From Spirochaetales bacterium (GTDB lineage Bacteria; Spirochaetota; Spirochaetia; JABEVK01), in contig DAIDHT010000018.1 in assembly GCA_027451945.1 (NCBI GenBank), forward strand, positions 499 to 64,498: a stretch of 64,000 bases of DNA, given 5' to 3'. The notes below the pieces were generated by a model. It saw only the letters and a program-made list of their open reading frames with translations, made no database searches and was not told the DNA's origin. Positions 46,853-56,656 of the stretch are shown piece after piece. Positions within the stretch are counted from its first letter, which is position 1, and each line of letters begins with the position of its first letter. Position numbers and translations under genes: made by a program.

Positions 46853-48583
46853 CTAGTCTTCTAGCGACGCCTGAACCCGAATCAAATCGTGCAAGGTCAG
46901 AACCCCGACCACAGGACCGTCGGGGTTATCGCGAACCAAAACCGTTCCGACAGGGTTATCGAGGAATTTTGCCTCCACAGCCCGTACCGTTTCGTCTTTG
47001 CGGCAGAAAACCGGCGGGGCCAAGGGCGGGGCTTCCCCGGTTTGCACACTACGTTGTGCGGCTTCGCGGGTAAGCATACCAATCACTTGATTTTTTTCGA
47101 TCACAGGAAAGCGCAAATACGGGTAGGTATCAAGGGCCGCTTGTAGACCGTTACGGCTCAGGTCATCAAGCATAACGGGACGGTTACGCACAATGTCGCC
47201 GACCTGCGTATTTCGCCACGAGGTAAGGTCGCGTGGCGGGTGGATTTTAATCAGCTCGTGTCCGTCTTGCAAAAGAAGCTCGTCGTAAAAATTGTGACGC
47301 CCCGCCAAGCGCGACACTAGGGTGCTGACGGCTAAGCCAATCATCAGACCCGGTACCATCGAAAACTCGTGTGTCATTTCGAAGACGATCAGGAGGGCAG
47401 AAAGGGGCGTCTTTAGCACTGCTCCCAACGCCGCGCTCATCCCTACTGCCGAAAGAACAATCATGTCTGAGGGGTTAAGGGGTAACCACTGCCGGAACAT
47501 GCCGGCGACAAAAAAGCCAGACATGCCGCCCAGGAACAACAAGGGCGAGAAAATGCCGCCAGAGCCCCCCAGTCCATACGAGATGATGGTCGCTGCCAGC
47601 TTGCCCAAAACCAAGACGCCGGCGGCCTCCCACAAAAAATTCCCTTTAAGCAATTGGCTCAAGTCATCATAGCCCAGACCGAAAACCCCAATTTTGCCCG
47701 TAATCAAGTACGCGCTCACCCCCAAAACCCATACCGCAAAGGCGCCAACGGCAGGACTCCATAAACGGGGAACCCGCGTCTGCTTGCGCCACCGTAAACG
47801 CAGGGTTAAGGCACCCCGCTGAAACGCAACACCGACCAGAGCCGCCAGCAGAGCCGCCAACGGCACAATTAAATAGTGAAACCACGTAACATGGTCGACA
47901 TTGGGGAGCACAAAGGCCGGTTGACGCCCGATAAACGCGTAAACGACAAAGGCGCCGATAACCGCCGCCAAAACAATACGGCCGATGGTTCGGTTATTGA
48001 TATCGCCAACAATCTCTTCGAGCACAAAGGTAATCGAGGCCAAAGGGGTATTGAACGCGGCGGCAAGACCTGCGGCCGCACCGACAATGGCCGGTCCCCG
48101 TCGTGAAAACCGAGGAATTCGAAAAATACCCGCAATGGTACCGGCAATACTACCGCCCATAAAGAGTGTAGGTCCCTCTCGTCCTAAGCTGGCTCCGCCG
48201 CCGATGCTCAGAATCCCCGCCACAAATTTTACCACCGCCTGCTTGAAGGGGATGTAACCCAGCTCCTTCCAGTAGGCGGCTTTCAGTTGGGGAATACCAC
48301 TACCTACAGCCTCGGGGCTGACTTTATCGATCAAAAACCCCACGATCACGGACGTTCCCATAATCGTGACAAAACTTAAAATCAGGAACCAGACCAAACC
48401 CATGTGAACAAACACCCCAAAGGTGGAGTGAAACAACAGGTTGGTCAGCGTTAAAAAAAGAACTGCCGCAAGGGCCGAGGCTAGCGCGTAGATGCTCGAC
48501 TGAATCAACAAAGCTGTATTTTCAGGGAGCAGTTTGAAACGGGCCTGCAGATCGCGGGTCATTTGAGAAACATCCCATGCCAT
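46853..48583 (-). CDS. ClC-family H+/Cl- antiporter with CBS domains
   Basis: GSGIP, GREGP, FVLEE, GIFSP, NFY; C-terminal CBS pair. Confidence 0.92.
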   Translation of the reverse strand: MAWDVSQMTRDLQARFKLLPENTALLIQSSIYALASALAAVLFLTLTNLLFHSTFGVFVHMGLVWFLILSFVTIMGTSVIVGFLIDKVSPEAVGSGIPQLKAAYWKELGYIPFKQAVVKFVAGILSIGGGASLGREGPTLFMGGSIAGTIAGIFRIPRFSRRGPAIVGAAAGLAAAFNTPLASITFVLEEIVGDINNRTIGRIVLAAVIGAFVVYAFIGRQPAFVLPNVDHVTWFHYLIVPLAALLAALVGVAFQRGALTLRLRWRKQTRVPRLWSPAVGAFAVWVLGVSAYLITGKIGVFGLGYDDLSQLLKGNFLWEAAGVLVLGKLAATIISYGLGGSGGIFSPLLFLGGMSGFFVAGMFRQWLPLNPSDMIVLSAVGMSAALGAVLKTPLSALLIVFEMTHEFSMVPGLMIGLAVSTLVSRLAGRHNFYDELLLQDGHELIKIHPPRDLTSWRNTQVGDIVRNRPVMLDDLSRNGLQAALDTYPYLRFPVIEKNQVIGMLTREAAQRSVQTGEAPPLAPPVFCRKDETVRAVEAKFLDNPVGTVLVRDNPDGPVVGVLTLHDLIRVQASLED

Positions 48584-48631
48584 ACTCCACTATTGACATA
48601 GATTTTCATTATGTTCAATTCTAAATCTGTT

Positions 48632-50101
48632 ATGAATGCCACAACAAAACCTTCGGGATTGTCCGTCCAAGTCCGTTTAACGCTGTCGTTTGCCTTGGTT
48701 TTTTTGGTACTATTTACCGGTTTGGGCATTTTTGGCTTTACCTGGTACCGGCAAAGTCTCAAAGACCGCTTAGATGACTATCTGATTTCTGAAGCCAATT
48801 CCGTTCGCAGTGCCCTGACCTCTTACTATGACGGCAAGGCCGGAAAAGCGGGTGACTACTCCGATTTTGCGACTTTTGTGCGTTCGTACGTCGAAAAGCG
48901 TAACAACCTCCCCCTCCCCTACGAAACCACCCTGTACATCTTTGGCGAGCTGAACACGCTCATTGCCGCCTCAAACCATGCCATCAACCTCGATGAAAGC
49001 TCCCCCCAATTTCAAGCCCCGGAACCGATCAACGTCCGCCGCCTTGATGCCGACACAAAAATACAGACCATTCCTCTAGCCCCGCACCCCTACCGAATGA
49101 TTACCGCGCACCTACGGCTCAACGGGGTTGGCTTGGGCTGGTTCCGGCTGGCCTGCCTCACCGAAACCGTCTATAGCAACCTTGGTGTGTTCACCAGTGT
49201 TTACGCCTTGGTCCTGGGGCTTTTGGCCCTGTTGTCGATCCTCATAACACGTCTTTTGGTCGCCATGGCCCTTCGGCCCGTCCGCCAGATGGCCGCTTTT
49301 GCCAAGACGATTTCGCCCGAACAAACCCTTCAGCTCCCCTTACCTCCCGGCAAGGATGCTCTGCATCAAATGGCGGTTAGTCTTAACTCGCTTTTGGCTC
49401 AGATCCAAGAATATGGGGCATTCCAGGAACGTTTTATTCAGGAGCTTTCCCATGAACTGCGCACCCCTTTGACCATTCTTAAAGCCCGCAACGAAGCGGC
49501 CGGAAACCAGCCTCGCGCATCAAAAGCTCTGACGGAACTGTCCCAGGCGAACATTGAGGACCTTGATCGTCTGACAGGGTTTTTAAATGCCTTTTTAGCC
49601 CTCAGGCGAGCCGAGAATACAGCTCAAGAGCAAAAATCTACCGACTTAGGGCGGATGCTCATCGACGTGGTAGGCGAACTTGAGCCCCTGAGAGCCAATC
49701 GGGGCGTGACGATTCAATTCGGCAAGCCCCCCGTGCGCTTCCAGCGTGAAAAAATTCCCCAGGGAGCTTGGGTCAAGGGGAATCCTTTCCGGTTGAAACA
49801 AGTTTTGACGAACCTTTTTATGAATTCCCTGCAATTTACTCCCGAAAATGGCTCCATTCAGCTAGAGCTGACCCCACAAGAATCCGCTTGGACCTTAAAA
49901 ATCGCGAATTCCGGGCCTCCAATCCCCGCTGAGTCTCTTGAAAGGATCTTCGAGAGGTTTTACCGTATAGGAGAGTCTGCGGGCTTCGGGTTAGGTTTAG
50001 GCATTGTGAAGTCCATTGTGGAAGGGTACGGAGGGTCCGTTCAAGCCTTTAACCCCCCTGAGGGCGGAGCTGCCTTTATCGTTCGAATGCCTTCTGTCTA
50101 G
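48632..50101 (+). CDS. Membrane sensor histidine kinase
   Basis: Two TM segments, HAMP, SHELRTPL, NLFMNS, IFERFYR, GFGLGL. Confidence 0.9.
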   Translation: MNATTKPSGLSVQVRLTLSFALVFLVLFTGLGIFGFTWYRQSLKDRLDDYLISEANSVRSALTSYYDGKAGKAGDYSDFATFVRSYVEKRNNLPLPYETTLYIFGELNTLIAASNHAINLDESSPQFQAPEPINVRRLDADTKIQTIPLAPHPYRMITAHLRLNGVGLGWFRLACLTETVYSNLGVFTSVYALVLGLLALLSILITRLLVAMALRPVRQMAAFAKTISPEQTLQLPLPPGKDALHQMAVSLNSLLAQIQEYGAFQERFIQELSHELRTPLTILKARNEAAGNQPRASKALTELSQANIEDLDRLTGFLNAFLALRRAENTAQEQKSTDLGRMLIDVVGELEPLRANRGVTIQFGKPPVRFQREKIPQGAWVKGNPFRLKQVLTNLFMNSLQFTPENGSIQLELTPQESAWTLKIANSGPPIPAESLERIFERFYRIGESAGFGLGLGIVKSIVEGYGGSVQAFNPPEGGAAFIVRMPSV

Positions 50102-50158
50102 CGAATCTCGTTTGTTTAGTTCGCTCGGTTTCGTTGTTTCGAAAATAAGGAGTTCCCC

Positions 50159-51334
50159 ATGTTTCGTACCTTGCTGGTAGTAGTAGCACTAGCTCTTGCA
50201 GGATGCGCCAGTGCGCCTCCCCCCGGGCCCGCCCCCGTTCAGCCGACCCCAACGCCGACCCCGACGCCAAAGCCAACCCCGGCTCCGGCTCCCGCTGACG
50301 TGAATTCGATTCAGCCGGAAAAAAGCGGCTTTTCGCCCGGGGCTGATGCGCCAGCCAATGTTTTGACTTTTGATGTCAAATACGCCAACGCCAGTAAACT
50401 TACAGCCTGGACTATCGCCTTTGATGATGCGAACGGCCCCGTAAAAACTCTGACAGGAACAGCTAACCTTTTGCCGCCCACGGTCACCTGGGACGGAAAG
50501 AACGAGGCCGGACAGTTGGCACCTGAAGGACGTTACACAGCAAAACTCACCGTCAGCTATGGCAAAACCCAAGAAAGTGCGGTTTCTGTTCCTTTCGTCC
50601 TCGACATCACGCCGCCAGGCGGATCCTTATCGATTACGCCTGACCCTTTTGTGCCCACCGGTTCCTCGGACCATATCTACATCAAGGTCTATACCCGGAA
50701 CGGCGGTGCCCAGGTCATGACCTGGCGCCTTCAAGTCGTGGCCGAGGATGGGACAGTCTTTAAGAACTTCATCAGCGAAGAACACAGGGACGGCAACATC
50801 GACTGGAATGGCCAAGCCGATTCTCATGGTCAATTGAAAGCTCCCGCTACCTATAAGCTTGTGTTGTCGTTAGTGGATGAATTTGGCAACCGGGGTACAG
50901 TCACGTCATTTCTCAAAGTGGATCAGCTGGGTTTCATGGATGGGAACCGCCGAAAGTTAGCCGAGCCGCTGTACTTTCAGCCCTACACCGACAGCTATAC
51001 TGAGCTTCCGAACGCGCAAGCCAAGCACAACCGTGCAACTTTGGCCCAAGTCGTTACCGACCTAAAAAAATACCCTGAAGTGAAGCTTTTGCTCGAAGGT
51101 CATGCCAACGAAGTGTGGTGGCGATACCCCGAGAAAGCCGCAAAAGAACAGCGCTTGGTGCTCCTTCCTCTTTCACAGGAACGAGCCAAGGCCGTCAAAA
51201 AAGCTCTGGTGGCCCAGGGCATTGACCCCGCGCGCCTAGAAACTGTTGGTTTAGGCGGGAGCAACCCCGTGGTGCCCTTTAGTGACACTTCGCAAACTTG
51301 GAAAAATCGCCGCGTTGAGTTTTATATTCGCTGA
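50159..51334 (+). CDS. OmpA-family lipoprotein with FlgD-like Ig domains
   Basis: Lipobox LAGC, Pro/Thr linker, WDGKN..G..APEGRY, EGHAN, LS.ERA.AV, NRRVEF. Confidence 0.88.
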   Translation: MFRTLLVVVALALAGCASAPPPGPAPVQPTPTPTPTPKPTPAPAPADVNSIQPEKSGFSPGADAPANVLTFDVKYANASKLTAWTIAFDDANGPVKTLTGTANLLPPTVTWDGKNEAGQLAPEGRYTAKLTVSYGKTQESAVSVPFVLDITPPGGSLSITPDPFVPTGSSDHIYIKVYTRNGGAQVMTWRLQVVAEDGTVFKNFISEEHRDGNIDWNGQADSHGQLKAPATYKLVLSLVDEFGNRGTVTSFLKVDQLGFMDGNRRKLAEPLYFQPYTDSYTELPNAQAKHNRATLAQVVTDLKKYPEVKLLLEGHANEVWWRYPEKAAKEQRLVLLPLSQERAKAVKKALVAQGIDPARLETVGLGGSNPVVPFSDTSQTWKNRRVEFYIR

Positions 51335-51351
51335 CGCCAACGGCGTTGACT

Positions 51352-52278
51352 CTACCGGTGCCGAAGCTTTCGGGGCACAATAACCGGCAGGGCCGCCGGC
51401 ACGACATCGACGTCGACCGGCAGCCCTGACCGTGTGTCGCCGTCCCATTGGGCCAAAACCCCAGCGGGGCCGCTAAGCTTAACCGAAGTTGTTTTTAAGT
51501 AAACCGCATCCCGAAAGGTTTCACGACCTATTCGGGGGCCCCGCCCCGTCCACGCCCCCCATAGCGCTTTTAACAAAAACCCTAGCGTTCGCCAGCGGGT
51601 GCGATCCCGCAGAATCGTTACATCCAGCTGGCCATCGGTAGGTATTGCCGACGGAGCGAACGAAAAAATTCGGCCATACAACCGGGTATTCGAGATCAGA
51701 ACAAAGGCACCCTTTTCCCTGGTTCCGTCAGGGAACTCGGCAGTAATTTCAGGGAAATGATAGCGCCAAACTGAGCGAAAGGCGGCGACAGCGTAGGCAA
51801 TAGGGCCTAAAAACGGTTTGAGATTGTCTTTGTCAGCACGTCGCAGAGCGTAGGCGTCAAAACCTGCCGAAAACATCAGCAAAAAATACCGGGTTTGCCC
51901 CCCCGTCTTGAGACGCCCCACATCCATCAGCATACGACGGTTGCGCCTTAACACGCGGCACTGGCCCCTCAAATGGCTAGGAATACCGAGCTCGGCGGCA
52001 AAGACATTGCCTGTACCCCAAGGGAGGATGCCCAGCGCTGCCCGGCTTCCTGCCAGACCTTCCATCACTTCATTGATGGTTCCATCCCCACCAGCACCGA
52101 TAACCACATCCGCTTCTTGAGCCGCTTGCCGGGCCAGCTCGGTCGCCTCACCGGGGCGTGTGGTCATCTGAACGCTCAACGACAAACCATGCTTTTGAAA
52201 GTACGTCTCGACATACTTCAGGGCATCCTGATGGGAGCGCGACCCCGAAGCGGGGTTGACGATAAGAACATAGCGCAT
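51352..52278 (-). CDS. Diacylglycerol kinase-family lipid kinase (YegS-like)
   Basis: NPASG, GGDGTINEV, P.GTGNVFA, DGQLDV. Confidence 0.92.
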   Translation of the reverse strand: MRYVLIVNPASGSRSHQDALKYVETYFQKHGLSLSVQMTTRPGEATELARQAAQEADVVIGAGGDGTINEVMEGLAGSRAALGILPWGTGNVFAAELGIPSHLRGQCRVLRRNRRMLMDVGRLKTGGQTRYFLLMFSAGFDAYALRRADKDNLKPFLGPIAYAVAAFRSVWRYHFPEITAEFPDGTREKGAFVLISNTRLYGRIFSFAPSAIPTDGQLDVTILRDRTRWRTLGFLLKALWGAWTGRGPRIGRETFRDAVYLKTTSVKLSGPAGVLAQWDGDTRSGLPVDVDVVPAALPVIVPRKLRHR

Positions 52279-52339
52279 TTTTACCTCGCAGGCTCAAACC
52301 TAGTTCCCAGTATCGAAGCGGCTGGCTATGATGGTCAAT

Positions 52340-53221
52340 ATGAAACTCTCTCAACCCTCCTTTGGCGTTGGCGTCGCCGGGATGGTGCTTTCAAATATTT
52401 TTTTTAGTATCATGGCCGTGTTCATTCGCTTAGACCCGGCGACCAACCCCCTCGAAGCCGCTTTTTACCGCTTTGCCGTCGGTGCAGCTGTCGTCGCCAG
52501 CTTGGCTTTTATCGGTAAAACTCACCTCCGTTTTCATAACTTTCGGGGACTATTGTGGCGCGGGGTCGTCGGTGGGCTCAGCGTTGTTTTATATTATTTG
52601 CCGATCAACACCCTCGGTTTGGGTAAAACCTCATTGATCCAATACACTTACCCGTTTTTCGCGCTTGCTTTTAGCGCACTTTGGCTTAAAGAACGGTCAA
52701 AACCTTCTGCCTGGATCCTGACCGGCGTGGCGATCGCGGGTCTGGTTTTGTTAAACCTCCCCATGCTCGGGCAAGGCAAACTGGACTGGATGCTGTTGGC
52801 GGCCTGGGGAAGTGCTCTGACGTCTGGCCTCGCTGTCACGTTTGTGAAAAAGCTCACCGAAACGGAATCGAGCTCGGCAATCTTTTTGGCACAGTGCATT
52901 GGCGGCTTTTGGATAATTTTAATTCCCGCCAACCTCACACCAGGAACTTGGGGCTGGGGACCGGCCTTTCTTTTGCTTGGCGTCGGAGTTACCGCCGCCG
53001 TAGGGCAATTGCTCATGACCTGGTCGTACCGCTGGGTGGACGTATCGACAGGCAGTCTAATGGGGACCATGGTCCCGGTTCTTAATGTCGCCGCTGGAAT
53101 TTTACTCTTTCATGAATCGTTTAACTTGCTTGAGGCAATCGGGGGTTTCATGACGCTGGCGGCGTGCTTTCTTTTGGTCCTGGTTAAAGCTAAACCGCGT
53201 GTTCAACCAGCTACGACTTGA
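52340..53221 (+). CDS. DMT/EamA family transporter
   Basis: ~10 TM segments, YT.PFF..F.ALWLKE, GQLLMT, LFHE. Confidence 0.88.
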   Translation: MKLSQPSFGVGVAGMVLSNIFFSIMAVFIRLDPATNPLEAAFYRFAVGAAVVASLAFIGKTHLRFHNFRGLLWRGVVGGLSVVLYYLPINTLGLGKTSLIQYTYPFFALAFSALWLKERSKPSAWILTGVAIAGLVLLNLPMLGQGKLDWMLLAAWGSALTSGLAVTFVKKLTETESSSAIFLAQCIGGFWIILIPANLTPGTWGWGPAFLLLGVGVTAAVGQLLMTWSYRWVDVSTGSLMGTMVPVLNVAAGILLFHESFNLLEAIGGFMTLAACFLLVLVKAKPRVQPATT

Positions 53222-53252
53222 GAGTTCTCTCGTTCCGGTCTAAACTCCCGTA

Positions 53253-53316
53253 TCCCCAAAAAGTTCTGGGAGGGGGACGCTCGCACGATAGACCGCCGAA
53301 AGGCGGTCTTTTTTTT
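53253..53316 (+). ncRNA. Candidate ~65-nt small RNA
   Basis: TTGAGA(53218)-17-TAAACT(53241) promoter, no start codon or ORF, ends at a strong terminator. Confidence 0.35.
53290..53316 (+). terminator. Intrinsic terminator
   Basis: agaccgcc-gaaa-ggcggtct followed by a T-run. Confidence 0.9.
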
Positions 53317-53317
53317 G

Positions 53318-53405
53318 TGAAATAATCAAGAAACGCGCGCGATATAATCGTAAACCTCTTTGCAAATAATCGCAAAACCGATTTGAAATAAACGTAAAAC
53401 CAACA
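53318..53405. repeat. Four degenerate direct repeats at exact 22-bp period
   Basis: ATAAWC cores at 53322, 53344, 53366 and 53388; consensus AWATAAWCRNRAAMC. Confidence 0.7.
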
Positions 53406-53415
53406 GGCATTCAGG

Positions 53416-55095
53416 CTAAATCGGGTCCTGCGTGCAGTCTTCGAGGTGAATGGAAAACACGAGCGGCTGACTGCGCCGCAGATCTTTCACAACACCGTCA
53501 AAACTGGCGAACAGATTGCCCGGGCCCAGGGCCGAGATGAGTTGGGCATGCTCCAGAACCCGCAAAATGCTGGGTTGGGCTTCGGTAACAATGACACGAA
53601 TCCGCTGTTCGTGAGCCTCGGTCAGTAGTCGTTGCAGAACTCTCGTTCCCGAAGCGTCCAACAGATTAAGCTCCCCCATCCTAAGAACAAGTGTTTGAGT
53701 CATGGGCAGGATATCACGAAAAGTTTGCTCAAACTTGGTGGCCGCACCAAAAAAGAAAGCCCCTGTTAAATCTAAAACCGAGGTTCCCTGCGGCAAGTCC
53801 TCACGGGAGACCCTCAGCCGATGGTCAGCAGTAACCTGCGCAGAAGACGTCTGCGCCATCGATCGCATAAAAAAGAACGAAGCCACGAGCAATCCGCTTA
53901 AAAGAGCAAATTGAGGGTTGGCGACGACAGTGACAATAAGTGTCACGGCAAGGGCTAAGGCATCTGAGCGTGTGGTTTTAAAGGTAAGCGCCAGGTCCTT
54001 CCACGAAACCATCCTTACCCCTAAAAGGATCACCAAAGCCCCTAAAGCAGCTACCGGCACCAACCGAAGCCAGGGAGCTAGCACTAGGCCCAGCATCAAC
54101 AAGGTCACCCCATGAAACAGACCTGCCAGAGGACTTTTTGCGCCTAGCTGAACATTGCGCACCGAACGCTCGACGGTACCCGAAACTGGTGGTCCACCCA
54201 AAAACGCCAAGATTAAGTTTGCCACCCCGTGGCCCAGAAAATCGGTATCGGGATGGTAGGGCTCGCCTGTCAAAGCCTCGGTGACGGTGGCACTTTGGTA
54301 GCTCTCGAGGGCTATGAACAACGCCAAAGCAAAGGCTGAAGGAAAGAAATCGACAAACGTCGAATACGAAAAGGTAAAACTCAGCGTTGGCCAGCTCCAC
54401 TGAGCCTTCCCAAACACCGAACCCACGGTCGCCACGGGGAGACCAACCAACGCCACAAACGCGGTAACAGCGACGAGGACAGCCAAAGTCAGTGGCCACC
54501 GGTTAAACCAACGTCCCCCTAAAGCCGCCACCACCAAAGAAACCCCGCCCACAGCTAAGTCCCAGGGGCGCAATGTCTGCGCGGCCGCCAACAAGGTGGT
54601 CCACGGGGTAACGACATCGGCCGCCAAGGGCGCCGGACGAGCCCCCATCAGAACGTTAAACTGCCCCAGCACCAAGGTTAGAGCAATTCCCGCCGTCATT
54701 CCCAGCACAATCGGTTGAGGAATAAAACGTACAAGATGCCCCAATTTGAGCGTCCCCATCGCTACGAGCATGAGGCCCGCCAACAACATGACGAGCAACA
54801 ATCCGGTCAGGCCATTGCGGTAAACAACGGCAGATGACAAGAGGGCGAGAACCCCAGTTGGGCTGGTAATTTGCCAGCGTCCGCCCCCCAGAAAGGCCAA
54901 AACGACTCCGCCGACACCAGCGGCAAGGAGGCCCTGAAGAGGCTGAAGTCCCGCCGCCAAGCCCAAAGCTAAAACCAGGGGGAACGACAAAAGAGCCACC
55001 GAAATACCGGCGAAGGCGTCATGGCGCAACCCTTGTGCGCTCCAGGCACCCCGCCAGCTTTGAAGGTTTGGTCGAAAAGTATTTTCTTGCATCAT
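53416..55095 (-). CDS. SulP-family anion transporter with STAS domain
   Basis: DAFAGISVA, GLQP..GL, LG.LVRFIP, FFGAA, LDASG; ATG overlaps the upstream TAA. Confidence 0.9.
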   Translation of the reverse strand: MMQENTFRPNLQSWRGAWSAQGLRHDAFAGISVALLSFPLVLALGLAAGLQPLQGLLAAGVGGVVLAFLGGGRWQITSPTGVLALLSSAVVYRNGLTGLLLVMLLAGLMLVAMGTLKLGHLVRFIPQPIVLGMTAGIALTLVLGQFNVLMGARPAPLAADVVTPWTTLLAAAQTLRPWDLAVGGVSLVVAALGGRWFNRWPLTLAVLVAVTAFVALVGLPVATVGSVFGKAQWSWPTLSFTFSYSTFVDFFPSAFALALFIALESYQSATVTEALTGEPYHPDTDFLGHGVANLILAFLGGPPVSGTVERSVRNVQLGAKSPLAGLFHGVTLLMLGLVLAPWLRLVPVAALGALVILLGVRMVSWKDLALTFKTTRSDALALAVTLIVTVVANPQFALLSGLLVASFFFMRSMAQTSSAQVTADHRLRVSREDLPQGTSVLDLTGAFFFGAATKFEQTFRDILPMTQTLVLRMGELNLLDASGTRVLQRLLTEAHEQRIRVIVTEAQPSILRVLEHAQLISALGPGNLFASFDGVVKDLRRSQPLVFSIHLEDCTQDPI

Positions 55096-56618
55096 TATTG
55101 TTTCTGCCTGTTTTCTTTTTGACTGTTCCATTCTCGGTGAAAACACCGCCACGCGTCCAGAACCCGCGTGCGGGAAAGTTCCCCCCTTCGCTCGAGTGCC
55201 TGACAATACTCTGCTTCCAGGCGGATTTCGGCTTCACGGCGCGCTGTCACATGGCGCCGCCAGCGCTTGTCAGGAAAGCTGCCGAGGCAGAGTGCCGCAT
55301 CAGTGGGGTCTAAGCGCCGCAAAGTCTCTTCAATAACCGTTGCCTCTTCCTTTTGAAAGTCTTGTACCACCTCGGGAGCCGAAAGCGCCGTCAGCTCGCG
55401 AAGCTCCTGTGCCTCAGCGGGGCGCCAAATAAGCTGATCAAATAACTCATGGGCCTTCGGTGACCACTCGATTCGCCCCTCGGTGAGCGCTTGGGCCAAG
55501 GTCTGAGCGAGGTTTCTTGCCCCCTCGTCAGTCATCTCGGAGTCTGTTCTTAGAGCGGCTCTTAGGGCGGCGCGGTCTAGCTCGTGGCGCACCCTGGGTT
55601 TTAACAACGACCGTAAGGCTAAGGGGAGTCTTCCCGTCAACCCAGCAAGCCCCACGGCCTCACCCTGAGCCACGAAAACATTTTCCCAGGCTAGGCGAAG
55701 GTCGCTCGCCGGCAGAGCCTCCCATAAGGCCTTCCATCGTTCGACCCAAGGGGCCGTCGGTCCGGGCAAGACAAGAGGGGGAGGTCGATGCCAGAGCCTT
55801 AGCTCAACCCCGGTTAGCGAAGGCTGGTGCCACAGAGCTAACTGTTGCTCCGAGACGGCAATTTCAAGCGTGCGTGTCGCCTCAACGTCTCCCACTTTGA
55901 CATCAGCGAGGTACGACCAGAACCACCCAGAAGTCAACACCGGCCAAGAGCTGTTGGGGTAGGAGGCCTCTTCGACCCTGAGACCTGTTTGTGCCGCCCA
56001 CACCGTCGAAAAGACGTTGATCCAACCCAAGCTTGGAGGTTTTCCTCGCGACCAGGGCAAAAGAGCCACCATCAGCGGCTGACTTTCGTGCGAGGCAAAG
56101 GCCCCCAAACACACCACGCGACCGTCAAACTTTTTTCGGTGAACAAGCCCAGCGGCCTCGGCCCTCCAGGTAAAGCGCGAGTCGTCCACCGAGCGCGGTA
56201 AAGCAAGCCACGCCGCTGAATCGCGGTAGGCGCCACCGCAGTTAAGCCGGTCACTGAACAAGGCTGGCTCGGTTTGCCAGGCTACCCCTCGGTCCCAACG
56301 AGTTGCCGCACAACGCCCTAAAATCAGGTAGACCCCTGGCAGACCCCAGGGTGGCTCGGCTAACACGACTCGGCGGGCTTCAAAAAGCTCGGGAATCGTG
56401 AGGTCTAGCGCCGCTTGTTGAGGGGGTAAAAAAACACCGGGCAGGTTCAGGGTACGGGCCAGCTGGCCCAAGAACAACGCGCCGGGGCCAGGGTCCAAAC
56501 TTTCGGAAGGTGCCGTCGCACCAGCCAATAGCGCAGTCAGCTCACCGCCAGGCGTCCATAGCGAGCCCCAAGAGTAGATCGTTTTGGGCAATTCCGGTCG
56601 GGAGCGGGGCAACGACAT
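55095..56618 (-). CDS. Hypothetical protein with possible FliG C-terminal-like helical segment
   Basis: Long ORF coupled (TAATG) to SulP; C-terminal IEETLRRLDPTDAALCL...VTARREAEIRLE resembles FliG_C. Confidence 0.55.
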   Translation of the reverse strand: MSLPRSRPELPKTIYSWGSLWTPGGELTALLAGATAPSESLDPGPGALFLGQLARTLNLPGVFLPPQQAALDLTIPELFEARRVVLAEPPWGLPGVYLILGRCAATRWDRGVAWQTEPALFSDRLNCGGAYRDSAAWLALPRSVDDSRFTWRAEAAGLVHRKKFDGRVVCLGAFASHESQPLMVALLPWSRGKPPSLGWINVFSTVWAAQTGLRVEEASYPNSSWPVLTSGWFWSYLADVKVGDVEATRTLEIAVSEQQLALWHQPSLTGVELRLWHRPPPLVLPGPTAPWVERWKALWEALPASDLRLAWENVFVAQGEAVGLAGLTGRLPLALRSLLKPRVRHELDRAALRAALRTDSEMTDEGARNLAQTLAQALTEGRIEWSPKAHELFDQLIWRPAEAQELRELTALSAPEVVQDFQKEEATVIEETLRRLDPTDAALCLGSFPDKRWRRHVTARREAEIRLEAEYCQALERRGELSRTRVLDAWRCFHREWNSQKENRQKQ

Positions 56619-56656
56619 GTTTGACTCAACACCTGAGGGGAGCGTAAACTGTGTGC

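Noticed and set aside
50215-50295. Pro/Thr-coding low-complexity repeat
   Set aside because: Ordinary lipoprotein tether linker.
53318-53405. CRISPR array
   Set aside because: Units are contiguous, degenerate and lack spacers; no cas genes.
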